In this document: one piece after another, positions 24,069 through 37,410 of the stretch
Layout of the letters: the number at the start of each line of letters is the position of its first letter
How positions within the stretch are numbered: the stretch's first letter is position 1
Origin: Lama guanicoe
Taxonomy: Eukaryota
Direction of reading: 5' to 3'
NCBI GenBank assembly: GCA_013239625.1
Contig: MU053758.1
Span: 1,736,001 to 1,800,000, forward strand
Length of the DNA stretch: 64,000 bases
Translations under genes and position numbers: made by a program
The notes under the pieces: generated by a model
Seen by the model: only the letters and a program-made list of their open reading frames with translations
What the model was told of the DNA's origin: nothing
Database searches by the model: none

Positions 24069-27000
24069 CTACAAGGAATTAGAACATGGAGCTCACTTTG
24101 GCTCAGATGGTCAAAGAACCCACAGGAGTTCTGAGGGACCCAGGGTGCTGATGAAGATGGTGTCTATCCGTAGTGTTCAGTGGATCAAGGAATTGGAAAC
24201 TTATGGTACCTGCCTGGGCCCAAGCTGACATGGAACTCTCAGCCCAGAATGGCACGAGCCCACAGCAGCCCACAGTAAGGCGCCAACAGGGCCTAGAGTA
24301 ATGTTGAGCCCAGGAGGTTCTTGAACCAATACCCACATTGCTTCAGAGTGTCATGGAGCCAGGAGGAATTGGATCTAAGTGGCACCTGCTTTGGCCCAGA
24401 GTGAGACAGCCGATGGGGTCTGTACCGACTTAGAACCGCAGAGGACTAAGGTGGTGCTATGTTGGCCCAGAATGACATGGAGCTCACAAGGGCTTGGGCT
24501 GATATGGCCCTGGAAACAAAAAGGGCTGCAGCCAGGGCTCCAGACAGAGCAGGGGGCTCTCCACAGCTTCTCCAGGATGCAGAAGGCAGGAGGGGAGGGC
24601 CCGGAGGAGCTGCAGAGGGGAGAGGCAGGAGCCAAGGAGTGTGCCAGCTCTGGGGCTGCTGTGAGCCTGCTTTCCGTGGGCTGGGTGGGACTTGGCTGGG
24701 CCCTGGGTTGGAAGGTGTTGAGAGAGAAGGTGCCGCTGCTGCTGCTGCGACAGCTCAGATGGAGGAGGAAGTGGGAAGCTGGAGGCAGGGCAGGCACGGG
24801 GCCCTGACACGGGAAGAGCACATCTTCCCGCCTGAAGGCCTGGTATTGGGAAGGGCCCGCTGCCCTCTCCAGGGCCCTGGCATTCAGACTCCCTGCTCCC
24901 ATAAATACATGGGGGGTTATGGGGTTAGGGCTTAGGGACCCCAGGTCGAGGGGTGTCTAACACTGGGGAAACTGGGGGCACTTAGGGCCCAGAGGAGTAA
25001 GGGTTCTCATTCCCTGGAGTAGGAGGCCCTTCCTATGCAGCAAGGTCCCCAGGCAAGGTGCACTGACCCTACCGTGTCCATCCCCAGGAGGAAAAAGTAA
25101 ACACTGCAGGCTTATCACCACCTACCAGGTCCCTGGCAGAGAACCCTGCTATCCGTATCTGGAGACTGAGGCCCTTCATCTTTCTCTTAACTAAATCTAA
25201 CCCTCACTCTCCCATCCAATCAGACATCCCTCAGTCCTCTTTCCCACCCAAGTGAGAGGCTGCCCGGGGTCCACCTGCAGCTTCTCTTTCCAGCCAGGTG
25301 AAAGCAGAGGAGGAGGGGGTGGGAGAGGGGTGTTGCTACAGCAGGTCTGGTGGCATCCAGAGAGACATCAGCCTTTTTAATAAGGGAAAAAGACATTTTT
25401 CTTAACCAAATCCTCAGACAGCTGGCTATTCCATGCAATATCTGGCTCCTCACCCCACCAGACCCAGGCCAAGAGACCCCCAATATCTCCACCCCTCTGC
25501 CTGCCTCCCAACCCCCATTCCTGGTCCCTGTGTGATAAGGTTCTCCACATCTCCTACTCCCATCTTCGGCCCTCTCCCCCAAGGGTAGGTGTTCAGAAGA
25601 GGCTGAGGGCTTCCAGGTCCAAGGATAGCTTTCCCTGCCCCTGCTTCCACTCCTGGCCCTTTCCCCCTTTCGGCCTGTTACTGCTGGAGAATCGATCCCT
25701 AGCTCCACTCCCGCCTGCACATTGACCTAGTTTCTGCCTGGATGCAGAGGAGACATGTTCTTACATGCTCCTAGACGCAGGGCCATGCATAGCTGAGAGA
25801 CCCACGCAGGAAAGCCTGACACGGGAACTTACCACATGCATCCCAAATATGCTCACACTCACGCACACATGCGTGCACGTCTAGAGACACCTCCCTAACT
25901 CAGGAACATGCCAGGACCCACTCATAGACACACATACAGGGCCAACAGACACGTGGACAGACATACAGGCCTTCATAAGCCATAGACTATTCCCCACAGG
26001 GGCACCCCACTGTCTTCAGCTCCTGCTGTCAGGTCCCCAGCCTCAGGCCAAAAGGAGTCACGTGACTCCCCACGCCGACCCTGCCATCATGCTGCCATGG
26101 CCACGGGATCTGGGTTCCCCCAACCTAGTAATGCAGACTCCCCTCCTCCCTCCAGGTGCCCACCTTACAGAACTGTAGGTGCCTTATTTCCCCAGGACAG
26201 GACTCTACCTCCATGGTGGGGGACACCCCCCTTCTGTTTTCATGGCAACAGACTTAAAGTCATGTGACCTTGGTCTGTGGAGATCACAAGAAGTGGGTAA
26301 GGCAACCCCACTGTGGGGCCTTTAGAATCTTAATCCCTCTCAGCTGTTCCTCTGTTAAAACAAATGCGGGATTGCACAGGTAGGGAATATGAAAGCCTTT
26401 GTAAATGGTCAAACTCCAAGACATCAGTATAAGAGATCAGTGTCTATTCTGCCTGTCAACGTCCATGTGGTGAGCAGAGGGAAGGCTCAGGGCACCATCC
26501 ATCTGCTTTTTCTGGGGGATCACCCTGCCCACACCCCTCATATTTCAAACTCTGGCTCTTGACTCCCAGAATGCCTCTCCAACCCTAGTCCTGCTGTCAT
26601 CTGGGTGGGCAGCCTTGGGGTCCCTGCAAAACTCAAAAGGTAGGCAGCCTCCAAGGGCCAGCCTCCCCTCCTTCCAGGCCTCAGCTTCCCTGCTTCCACC
26701 GCAGCTGCTCTGTGCTCTTCTGACACCTTCATCCTCTCACACATCTCAGTTTTCAACTGAAATCTTGCCCCACCCTGCTTTCAACTCCATTCCCCATCCA
26801 ACTCCTGGATCCATCACTTCACAGCCTCATTCTGGTGGTCCTTGACTCCCTATTCCTCCCACCCTGAGCCCACCCACCTGCCTGCTGCACTCCTAGACCC
26901 CAGCCCCAGAGGCTCAGCTCAGCTGGAAAAAGTCCCCACACCTAGGAAGTTTGGGGCCTCCACCAATTCCCAGTCTCCAATTGTCTCCGTATTGTCAGCA

Positions 27001-28299
27001 GATCCCTTCTCTCAACTTTGCTTTCTCTGATCTCCTCAAGCCTCTACCCAGCTCTTCCCCTCCCCCATGGCACTCCTCAACTGAGTCTCCCACTTCTCAG
27101 AGAAAATGGAAGCTTCTAGAAAGTATTCCAACCTCCCTCCCCCACAGCAGCCAACATGCCTTGAGTGTGTGTGCGTGCACGCGTGCATGTGTTTGGGAAC
27201 ACACATTTTCCACCCTGTCCACTGAGCTCTGGGTCCCAGCCTCTTCCGCTCCACAGAGGCCTCACTCCCTCATTCATCCTTTTTTTCCCATTGTCTTCAA
27301 CCCCTGCCTCTCCCTCAACTCCACTGTTATCTTGATTAATCCTGAGTCCCCTTCTAGATCCTTTCCCATCTCTTTTCTTTCCTTTACATCCAACTTACTC
27401 AAAAGAGATGGCTGCACTCACTGAATCTGCTTCTTTACTGCTCATCCACACACCAGCCCCTGCCCCTGCCCTAGAAGGCACCAGAGTCACCAGTCATCTC
27501 CTAGTTGCCAAGGTCCGTGGACCTTCATCATCCCTTATTTGATGTGATCCTTGTGCGACAGTCACCACGGTTCCCCACTTTCTCTTTCTTGCTACATCTC
27601 CTCCCTTGGTTTTCATATTAGTTAGGATAAGGTATATTGTATTTGTTAAGCTAATTTTTCATTTTATTGTATTTTAATTTTACATTGTACTAGTTAGGCT
27701 AGTAACTTTCATTAGGCTAATTAGTTACACTAGTTGGGTTAGGCTGAATTGTCTTAAACTTAGATAGGTCAAGTTGTATTAGTTAGGCTAAACTCCGATA
27801 ACCAAGAAATCCAAAAAAGACAGCCTCTCCAAGAGTAAAGTTTCTGTCTTTCTTCAGTTCTGTGCGAACATTCCAGGTCAGTGAGAAACTTCGCTTGCAC
27901 AGCCCTTCGGAGACCCACGTTCCCTTTTCAGTGTTGCTGCAACGCCCCCTAAGGGCTTATTGGTGACTCAGGACCAAAGCTGGGTGACCACCAGGAGCTC
28001 CAGCCTCGGGGAGGGGAAAGGGAGCGAAGACAGGATATGCGTGGGGTCTTAAAGCCCAGGCAGAGAAGGGCTCACATCACTTTCCCTTGGCATCCCACTG
28101 GTAGGGTCGAAATCACACAGCCACCCCTGACTGCGGGAAGCTGGGAAGCAAGTCTACCTGGGCAGCCACAGGAGCACAGACTTTGGTGGGTGACCAGCAG
28201 GGGTCGCCAGAGCTTCGACATCATCCCTCCTATCTCTTGGCCATCCTCTCTCCTTAGTTTCTGTCCCTCAGGGCTCTATTCTTGGATCTCTTCTCACTG

Positions 28300-29540
28300 G
28301 ACACGCATGCCTGGTCATTCTTGTCCAGTCATATGCTGATGACTTCAAACATTTGCATCCCCGGCCCAGATCTCCCTCTTGAACAGCAGACCCACCTGGG
28401 CACCAGGGCCAAAAGCTGGGACTCCAGCTCTACTTCTCTCCCTCATCCCGCATCCAATCCCTCACTAAGCCTCGCAATGCTACTTCTTGTTTTCTCACAG
28501 CCTCCAAACTCACCTCCCTGCCTCCGCCTACCCCACAATACTTCACACCGTCTTCCAGTGACACATGGGGCTTCAAGGTCCAGTCCTCGGCCCTCTTCTC
28601 TTCTTACTTTGTAGTCTTTCCCTGAGCCCCACGTCCAGCCTCCCAACCTCCATTCCCAAGGACCCCCAGGTGACTCACATGAGTATATCTCTGCCCCGCC
28701 CCCTTCTCCGAGCATCAGATCCAAATATCCACTTGGATGCCTCAAAAGCACTTTAGACTCTACATGCCCAAATCTGAGCTCTAGATATCCCCCCTGCTCC
28801 CACCCAGCACAGTGTTTCCTGTCTCATTGCCAACCCAGTGTCTAAAGTCAAGGTCCCAAGACTTGCTGTTGTTACCTCCCTCTCCCTCATCTCTTGGATC
28901 TAACCCTCACTACGTCTGGTCAATGGCCACTTCACTCCACATCCCAACCCCTGTGCCCATCCCTGGGGCCAGGCCACCATCATCTCTGGCCTGGACTATG
29001 ACAGTAGCCTCCTCACCCATGTCTCCATATCTGCTTTGTCCCCCTTGTTCACACTGATGCCACAGTGATCTCTCCAAAGGCCACAAATCTGATTGTCACA
29101 GCCTACCTTAAAACTCAAATCTGGCTTCCCAGGGCTGTCAGAATGGGCCAAAATCCTTACCTTGGCCTACAAGACCCGACGTGACCTAGCCCCACCCCTG
29201 CCTGTGCCAGGCACATTCAGTTTATGCACTCTCCCTCCAGACCCAGCACCGTTATCCATGCCATCTCCCCTGCCTAGAACACTCTTTCTCCCTTCTCCTG
29301 GTTGTTAACTCCTAGTCATCATTCCAAGCTCATCTCAAGCATCATTTCCCAGAGAAGCCTCTTCTGCTCTCCCTCACTAGGGCAAACCCTCCTGGCCCAG
29401 CCCCTGGCCTCCAGAACTCCTCTCCTTCACAACACTTGTCTCAGCGGTGTGATTATTGATTAAGATTGACGCCCCCCATTGCCAGCTCAAGAAGGCCAGG
29501 ACCTAGCCAGTTATGCTCACCACTGTCCTCATCTCTTGTC
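28300..29540 (+). mobile_element. L2 fragments
   Basis: Pyrimidine-rich L2 motifs (tatgctgatgac, ccacttggatgcctcaaaagcac, ccttggcctacaagacc). Confidence 0.6.
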
Positions 29541-31290
29541 ACATGTGCCCTGTCCTCCAGGCCATATGATCTGTTAAAAAGTCCCACTCACTCAAGCCCC
29601 AGTGCCTTAGGTCTGCCCATTTTGTGCTCCATCCTCAGCATCTCCTGGGTTGCCTTCACTTCACGAACTCCCACCCCCCCTGCAAGCCCCCCTCACATAT
29701 CTCCTCCTCCAGGAAGTCCTCCCTGACCCCCCTGTGCTCCTCCCTCATGCTCTACTGTTCCCTCAGTTGCTCTGATCTCCATCTCCACGCTTGTCATGCT
29801 GTTTGCTCACTTGTCTCCCTTCCTTACTCAGCTGCGAGATTTGGGGAGACAAATATGGGGTTTTAGTCATTTCTTATCTCCAGCCTTTAACCCATTGTCC
29901 AGGGCCTTGAATGCCTTAGTAAATGTTTGCTGTCTTCACCTCTCTTCACTGCCCCTCCCTACGCCTTTAAAACCATGCCACACAACTTGATACATAAAGC
30001 TAACAACTGGAAATGACCCAACCATCCATCAGCAAAATATACCAGTTGTAGAATATTCACACAATGAAACACTACAACAGGGCAATGAAAGAATAAACTA
30101 CCATGACACATGACAGCAGGACAAAGCCCACAAGCATCAGGCCGAACAAAAGAAGCTGGACCCAAAAAGTATCTTCCACATTTGTGAAGGTCAGAAACAG
30201 GCAAAATAAATCTGTGGGGACAGAGGTAGCATGGCAGTCATCTCCAGGTCAGCGGGTGGGGTGGGGTGGGGTGGAGTTGACTAGGAGAGGGGCTGGTGGA
30301 GCTTCTGAGCTGGAAATGTTGCTCACCTAGACCTGAGTGGTGATCACACATGTATGTCCATGTGTAAATGTTAATTAAGCTGGACTTCTTGTGCACTTTA
30401 AAGTAGAAAACTTTAATCCGGGTTTTTTAAGTGCTCTAATTTGCAACAAATCATCATGAAGAACAAACCTCTTGTGTCTAAGAGTTGTTTCCTGCTAGAG
30501 TTCCCTGATTTTAGGTGTTGATAACTGAAGCCCAGAGAGGGTAAACCACTCAGGTGGAGTCGCCCAGCACATCTGTGGAGACCCCACATCCTAAGGAGGA
30601 GGCTCTATGTCCTGCTTTCCCCATGCAACTAAAGGCCCCTCAGGGGCAGTCTCTGTGTCTTTGTGTCTCTGGCACAGAGCTCTGTGACCTCCAGATATTG
30701 GTGAGGGACTACCCCTGGTCTATAACTGGTTGCTGCTGGAGAGGTGAAACATGGCATCAGTGTGGTCCTTAACAACACAGACTCTAAGGGCATAAGTCTG
30801 TAGCTGTGTGGGCTTAACGTCTCTGTACCTCAGTTTCCTCATCTGCAAAATGGGAATTATAATAGTACCCACCTTATAGCATTGTTCTGAGGACTAGATG
30901 AGTGACTAAGCATAAAGCACTTAGAACAATGCCTGGCTCCAAGCCATGCAAGTGTTTGCTATGATAACTTCTATTAGGGGCAAACCCAGGCCGACAGTCC
31001 AGAGTTAAACTCTGCTCCTCCATTGGCTGTGCCACCTCAGGCAAGTTGATTAACCTCTCTGAGCCTCTCTTTCCTCATCTATTAAACAGAGATAATAATA
31101 CTTATCTATTGTTATAAAAGCAAAATAATGCACGCAAAACACCTGGCTAAGTGCCTGGTGTCCAAGGACTATGTCTTACACATCCCTTTTCCCAAGCCCA
31201 GCTCTGGAAGGGGCTCAATTGCTTGGAAGAATTAATCCCTTCTCCACCCACCCTTTTCCAGCAAGGCGTCTTCCTTCTGGTGCTAGCAGA

Positions 31291-31323
31291 CAGCAGCATC
31301 TAGTGGACAACTCTGGAACTGCA
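31291..31323 (-). promoter_or_regulatory. CTCF-like site with upstream module
   Basis: Reverse complement tgcagttccagagttgtccactagatgctgctg: TGCAGT module plus CCACTAGATG core. Confidence 0.6.
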
Positions 31324-33547
31324 TGCTGGCCAAGGGCCATCCGCCAAGCAGGGCGCAGTCTTTTAAATAAGTCTTTTAGAATACGCACTCTGCATTGGAC
31401 AAGTATTCATTAGGTGCCTGCTGTGTACAGGACTTGGATCTAGGATCTAAATGAAATGAAGCAAGAGATACAAGATGAGTGTAGAGGGGTATAAGGAAAA
31501 AATCACAAACAATTATAACCTTAGCATCAGTACCCTAATTTTTTAGTCTTAAAACATAAACACTATGTAGGGGGACTTGGCACACTGAACAGTGATTTCT
31601 CGGGAAGTTTCTACAATTGCAGGAGTGATTTCCAAGTGGCCATTTTGTGTCAATGACTCCCAGCTAAGGCCAAAGCAATGAAATGAAAACTTGAGTCAGA
31701 GAAGTGATTCCCTTCGCGTAGCCTGACTGTCTTCCCAGATTCTCCATGGAGAGGAGGAGCAGGAGTGTTTGGCTCCAAAGTTTGTATTCGTCCATCACAC
31801 TTTACAACCCCTTCCCTAGACAGAAACAAGTGAAGCAGGTCTAGAGGTAGCACAGATCACATCCAACTGGGGGAATCAAAGAAGACTTCGTGGAGGAGAT
31901 GGCATCTCAAATGGGCTTTGGGGAATGAAAGTAGAGCAAGAGTAAGTGGCTGGGGAAGGAAGGGCATTCCTGCATGATGGACCACATGGTTTGTAAAGTG
32001 AAGTAACAGGGATAGGCTGGACAGGAGAGTTAGGGCCAAATCACAAGGGACCCCAGATGACAGGCCAAGGAGACTGCATTTAATAAAAGCAGAGGACACA
32101 CTGAGGAGGGAGAAAACCAGAGATCCAGAAACTAGTTAGGTGGCTACTATAACAGTCCAGACTAGACTCATGAGATAAGCATAAAGCACTTAGAACACCT
32201 GCACCACAATTACCTCCCCCACTGCCCCCCACAAATAAATTTAAAATAGCAATTAAAGATACTTTTTAAAAAACACTTCACTACGATGGAGAGAATAAAA
32301 GAGATATGGGCAAGGCTAGAAACAGGGGGAGGTTGGGAAATAGATAAGCTGGAGTCAAAGGGAGGACCCAGGTGAGAACTGAGTCTTGGGGAGATGATAA
32401 GGAGAAAGGCAGAGCTGGAACCAGAACGTGGACTTGATCAGGGGGAACTGATGTGAGTAGAGGGTGGAGGCAATGAGCTGGATCTTCAGAAGGGTGAGTC
32501 TGAGTTGCCAGCATCTATGTGGAGATAAGGCACCAAAACTTAGGGGAGTACTTTGGGAGTCACTTACCTGTGCCTGTGCAAACAGGAGACTTGGGAGAAG
32601 ACCAAAGGAGTCCTGTGGGGAGGGTAGATGCCACCTGGACATTATCAGTCTCCCTCTTTTTAAAGTTTCCTGGAGATGAGGAAGATGAGGAGGCACAGAA
32701 GACAGGGGAACTTTGGAGAGAGAAAACCAGGGACCCTGGTGAGCATCCAGTAGCGTCATAGGTCACGGAGCAATTCAGGGGTCAGGGCAGCTGGGAGGCA
32801 ACCATTGGATTTGTGGTTGGGGGTTGTCATGGGTGACCCTGGAAAGAGCAGTTTCGGGGGCAAAAGTCAAGCCACAAAGATTTAGGAGGCAAGAGGCAGA
32901 GGGTGTGGACGGCAGAGGCTCCCAGGGGGAGGGAGGTGATGGTGAGCAGAGCTGCATTAGGGGCAGGCAGGCGAGATGCCTTGGGAACAGAATTTAAGGA
33001 GGCGCTCACTCTCGGAGTGAGCAGGTGGTCTTGATGAGGAAGGGCATACAAGTGGTCCCGGAGCTGTTGAGAGGTAGAGAACCTCTGAAACTAAAGGAAC
33101 CGAAATAAACCAGTAAAAGACCTTAGAGACCCAGACAGAAGCTAAGACCCTTCGACCTCCACCTCCAGCCAAACACATGGTGGCCAGTGATGGCAGAGCC
33201 TTGGAGAACACGAAGGCTGGGGGAGGGGAGGGATGGAAGGAGGATGCAGCGACAATCTGGAAGCACAGCTGGAGAGAGACCCCAAGAGAGTGGAGGAAAC
33301 CAGGGAGGGAGGGAGAGCGTCCTGGGACCCTCCTAGGGAGATTCCCCGCACCCTGCCTGGGTGAGTGTAGTGGGAGGGAGAGTCCCAGTATCCTTGAGTC
33401 AGCCTGGGGAAAGCAAGGAGTCCAACTCTACTCTTCCCTCAGGCCGTTTCAACTCAGAGACTTGTGTCCCCAGCACAAGAAGGGCGGGACAACCCCCCAC
33501 CCCACCCCAGTACATGCTTCCTTCCCCCCTTCCTAGGACTTAATTTC

Positions 33548-33975
33548 TATAGTGGGCTGAATGGTCGTGACTAAAAAGCTCCGGCCCTAACTCCCCTGCC
33601 CCCAGAACCTGTGACTGTGACCTTATTTCGAAAAAGGGTCTTTGCAGATGTAATTAAATTAAGTTTGTCAAGATGAGATCATTCTGGATGATCTAGGTGG
33701 GCCCTAAATTCCATGACAAGTGTCCTTCTAAGAGACGAAAGAGGGGAAGGCCACGTGAAGATTAAGAGAGCTGCAACCCAAGAATGCCTGGAGCCACCAG
33801 AAGCTGGAGGAGGCAAGGGATGCTCCCCTCGAGTCTTCCGAGAGAGCACAGCCCTGTGGACACCTTGATCTCCCTCGGACTTTTAGCCTCCAGAAATGTG
33901 AGAGAATAAATTTCTGTTGTTTCAAGCCACCAAGTTTTTGGCAACTTGTTATGGCAGCCCTAGGAAGCTAATACA
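33548..33975 (+). mobile_element. MaLR MLT1B/C-like solo LTR
   Basis: gggctgaatgg...gtgaccttattt...aagggtctttgcagatgtaatt...aataaatttctgttgtttcaagcc...aagctaataca. Confidence 0.85.
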
Positions 33976-36270
33976 GTTCCCTAGTCCGTAAAATGACTAG
34001 CAAGTTTCTAGGGAGGCTGCCAGCCCTGGTATTCTCCAAATTAAACCATTCAGCAAGGAGAGGCAGTCCATCTCTGGCCAAAAGGTGTGTTTTTTTTTTA
34101 AACTCACTGCCCAGCCCCTTCCAGGTTGAGGTTTAATACTTTGACTTGGAGGAGGGAAGCCAAAGGAACGGCATCCCCTTCCACTCCTCAGAGAGTCCCC
34201 AAAAGAGTAGTCCATGACCCACCACTCCTCTCCTTTGCCCAGAGCCCTCGCCATCCTGCCCAGGCTGGTCGAAAGGGCCAAAGCTGACCCAGCTGAAAGA
34301 AGGAGCTCTTTAAAAACAAGAGGCTGCCTTTCTGACTTTCTCCTTGCAAACACCGCCCCCTCTTCACAGCGACTCTCTCCCTACCCCTCACTTTTGCCTT
34401 CTACCTCTGCCTTCCCCATTCCTGGGGGGCAAGATAAGAGGGATACCCTGATGCAAGGGGTGGAAGGCCCCCCCCACCTCTCTCCTCCCCACAACACAGC
34501 TGGAGGGGGAGGGGAGGTCAGCAGGGGTCATAAAGGCCAGATGTTGAGGAGAAAGAGAGTGGTGCCCGACCCACACCCACCCACACCACCCCCACCCCCA
34601 GCAAAAGAAAAATGAAAAGAGACAGCTTGTAAAACAAACAAAACTTTTGTGGTCCAAAACATTTTTTTTTCTTAAGAATCTGCTCTACGCAAACATTAAC
34701 AACTTTTTACAAAGCATTTTCACAGAAAAGGAGACAAGTCCTTCCCCAGTATCATATATGGGAATTGTTTCTCCCTCACCCCATCTTGGGGGGAAAGGGG
34801 GTGATATTCACTAGAGTGGACAGAAGGGTCACTGGGTCCCTCAGCTGTTGGGCAGATCGGCATCCCCCAGGTTCCCCTCACACCTCAACTTGGAATCTCC
34901 CTAAGAGCTAAACTCCCCTGACCTCACCTGGGTGGAGGAGAGAGCAATTCCACTCCCCTCTGACTCCAGGGGATCAGAGGGCGTGGTCGGGCCTATCTCT
35001 CCCCTCCCCCCAGAAAACAGAACTTCTGACCTCAAAACTAATCCCCTGGCCCTGCCCCTTTCGGATCCATCAGGTCCCTGACAACTCCCGAAATGCTTGA
35101 AGTTGGGTGGGGGGAGGATGCTAAAGGTTCCTCAGCCCAGTTCCCATCCAAACCCAAACTGTGCCCCTTCAAACACCACTGGACCTTGTGATTAGGCCAA
35201 GAGCCCTTCCATTTACCCCCTCCACCAAGCAGCTTGTCTTGTTTCTAGCCTTTAAGGGGGCTGAGTTTGGGGGTCCAAAGAATGGACCCAGGCCTGCCCT
35301 CTACTTCCACCTCTCTGTCCTTAAATCGGTGGAGAGGACGTTGAAAGGCAACTTGTTTGGTCTGATTTTATTGATTTCTTCTACCTTCTATTACTTTCCC
35401 TGGGATGGTCTCTGCCGCCTTCCCCCGGCAAAGTCTGCACTTTTGAAGGGGAGGAGGTCTCTCAGTCCTGCCTCTCCTAATATGAGTAAACTGGGGGAGG
35501 GGGCTGATTTATAGGGGGGAGTCCTCTTTCACCCATCAAACCTTATAACCTGAAAGCAAACAGGGAAAACTGAAGAGGGAAACCCCAAAACTGAACAAAG
35601 GGGAAAAGTTGGTGGCTGAGAATGAAGATCTTGGCAATTAGGGGTCACCTGACTTGGGGGGCCCTAGGAAAAGAACAGGAAGGTGGTGATCTTCCCCTTG
35701 CCTAAGCTGCTCCCTCCCCCGTGAAGGCTTCGGTGGTGCTTGGGAGGCTACAAAAGGCCTGAGGAGAGTAAAGGGTTAAAGGCCTGGGTGGTGGTGGTGG
35801 GGTGGATGCCCACAGGGAGCTGCCAATCACCTCCCCGCCCCCACCACAGCCCCCCCACCCATCCCCAGGCTCTCCCACAGAAACAACCGGTTTGTCCATC
35901 ACCAAGGTCTCTCTCCCACTTTTTTCCCCCTCATCTTTGAGCAGTAGCCTCCTTGGCACCCCCTGGGGTGAAGGCCCTGCCCCCAGAGATCCAAGATGGA
36001 AGAGGGGAGGGATTGGAATCTATGTCATTAAGCCTTTTTCGGTTAAGCCTTCTCCTAACTCCACACGTTGGTTCTTCTCCAAAGGATGAGGGGGAGGGGT
36101 GTCACCCCAACCAGTTAGGTGCTTGAAGATCACTGTCATCTGAGGTCCCTCTGACCACAGCCCATAAAACATAAAGGGGGCAGGCAAAGGTGAGAAATGA
36201 GGCTCTATCCTGGAGCCCACTGTTTGGCTGTGGCTCCAGCTTTTTCCCCTTGGCAGAAAAGGTCTCACGT

Positions 36271-37410
36271 TCAGAGTTGCTCCAAGTTGATCCCCCAGAA
36301 TTTGAGGCCGGGGGGCTCAGGGACAGCGGGACCCCCTATCTGCCACCTCCACAGCGGGTGGGCAGGCGGGGGCTTAGAGTCTCCCTGGAGGCGAAGCGAG
36401 GATGCCGGCCCCAAATCTCCGTCCTCCCCCACCACCAGGGCCGGAGGGCAGGGGAAGCAGTCGAGGAGGCTGAAGGTGCTCGTGGTGGGGAGCGTCGGTG
36501 CGGGGCGGCGGGGCTGCGCGCTGCGATGCGGGGGCGCCGGCCGCCGGCGTTTCTTGCCGGCTCCTCGGGCCGGCCCTTTGGCTGGCGGCCGTTCGGGCCC
36601 CCTGCGCAAACTCGGAGTGTCGAGGGCGAAGCCCTTCGCATAACACCAAAGTTTCGACCGGCGGATCAGACGATTGAAATGTTCCTGGCGGAGATCGCCG
36701 GGCGCGGCCGGAGCTCCGCTGGCCGTCGAGGGGCTGGCGGCCGGTGCCTCGGGGGCGGCCTTCGGGGAGTTTCCATTGACTGCGGCCGTCTGGCCCGGCA
36801 GGGGCGGCTCCTGCACAGCCTCTGGCCCCGCGGGCTCAGAGGAGAGGCCCGCAGGTTGCGGCGGAGGCGGGGAATCGGGCTCCTGATGCGGGCTGGCGGC
36901 GGGTCCGGGCTGGGAGTCGAGACCTGGAGCTGGTATAGGCGGGGTCGAGGCGAAGCTGGTCGGAGATTCCCGAGGGCGCCGGGGCGCCGGGCAGTGGCCG
37001 GGAGGTAAACCGGAGCGAGCGCCGAAGTGCGGGAAACTGCCTCCGCCCTCTTCCTCCTCGCCGCGGCCCCGGCACACTGCGGCGTCGGCATCCTGGCGGG
37101 CCGAGGAGCTGGGATCGTTGGTCCGCCCGGCCTGTCCCGCGAGGTGCTTCAGGCCATCCGGGGCCCAGCCGCCGGTGCACAGGGGGTCACGAGGGCCCAG
37201 CAGCACCGGGGCCCGAGGCGCCAGCTCCCCAGGCCCCAGGCCCAGAGAGGACGCCCGAGGTTTGGCAAGGGCGCAGAAGGCAAGGGCACGCAGGCACAGT
37301 GGAGAGAACTCTTGGGTCCCCCGACGCGGCTTCCGGGGTGTGGGGGAGCAGGGCGACCCTCGTGGGGACGCCGGCACTGCGAGGCGGGGAGCGGGGCACA
37401 GAGTCTCCAT
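36271..37410 (-). CDS. EPOP: Elongin BC and Polycomb repressive complex 2-associated protein (C17orf96), single exon, 379 aa
   Basis: [20 protein letters not shown]..., BC-box-like [38 protein letters not shown]-terminal [20 protein letters not shown]...[14 protein letters not shown]; lies in a CpG island upstream of MLLT6, as in human. Confidence 0.97.
   Translation of the reverse strand: METLCPAPRLAVPASPRGSPCSPTPRKPRRGTQEFSPLCLRALAFCALAKPRASSLGLGPGELAPRAPVLLGPRDPLCTGGWAPDGLKHLAGQAGRTNDPSSSARQDADAAVCRGRGEEEEGGGSFPHFGARSGLPPGHCPAPRRPRESPTSFASTPPIPAPGLDSQPGPAASPHQEPDSPPPPQPAGLSSEPAGPEAVQEPPLPGQTAAVNGNSPKAAPEAPAASPSTASGAPAAPGDLRQEHFNRLIRRSKLWCYAKGFALDTPSLRRGPERPPAKGPARGAGKKRRRPAPPHRSAQPRRPAPTLPTTSTFSLLDCFPCPPALVVGEDGDLGPASSLRLQGDSKPPPAHPLWRWQIGGPAVPEPPGLKFWGINLEQL

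Noticed and set aside
25030..25270. Extra minus-strand exons upstream of the 24902 ORF
   Set aside because: Phases are inconsistent or the acceptors lack pyrimidine tracts.
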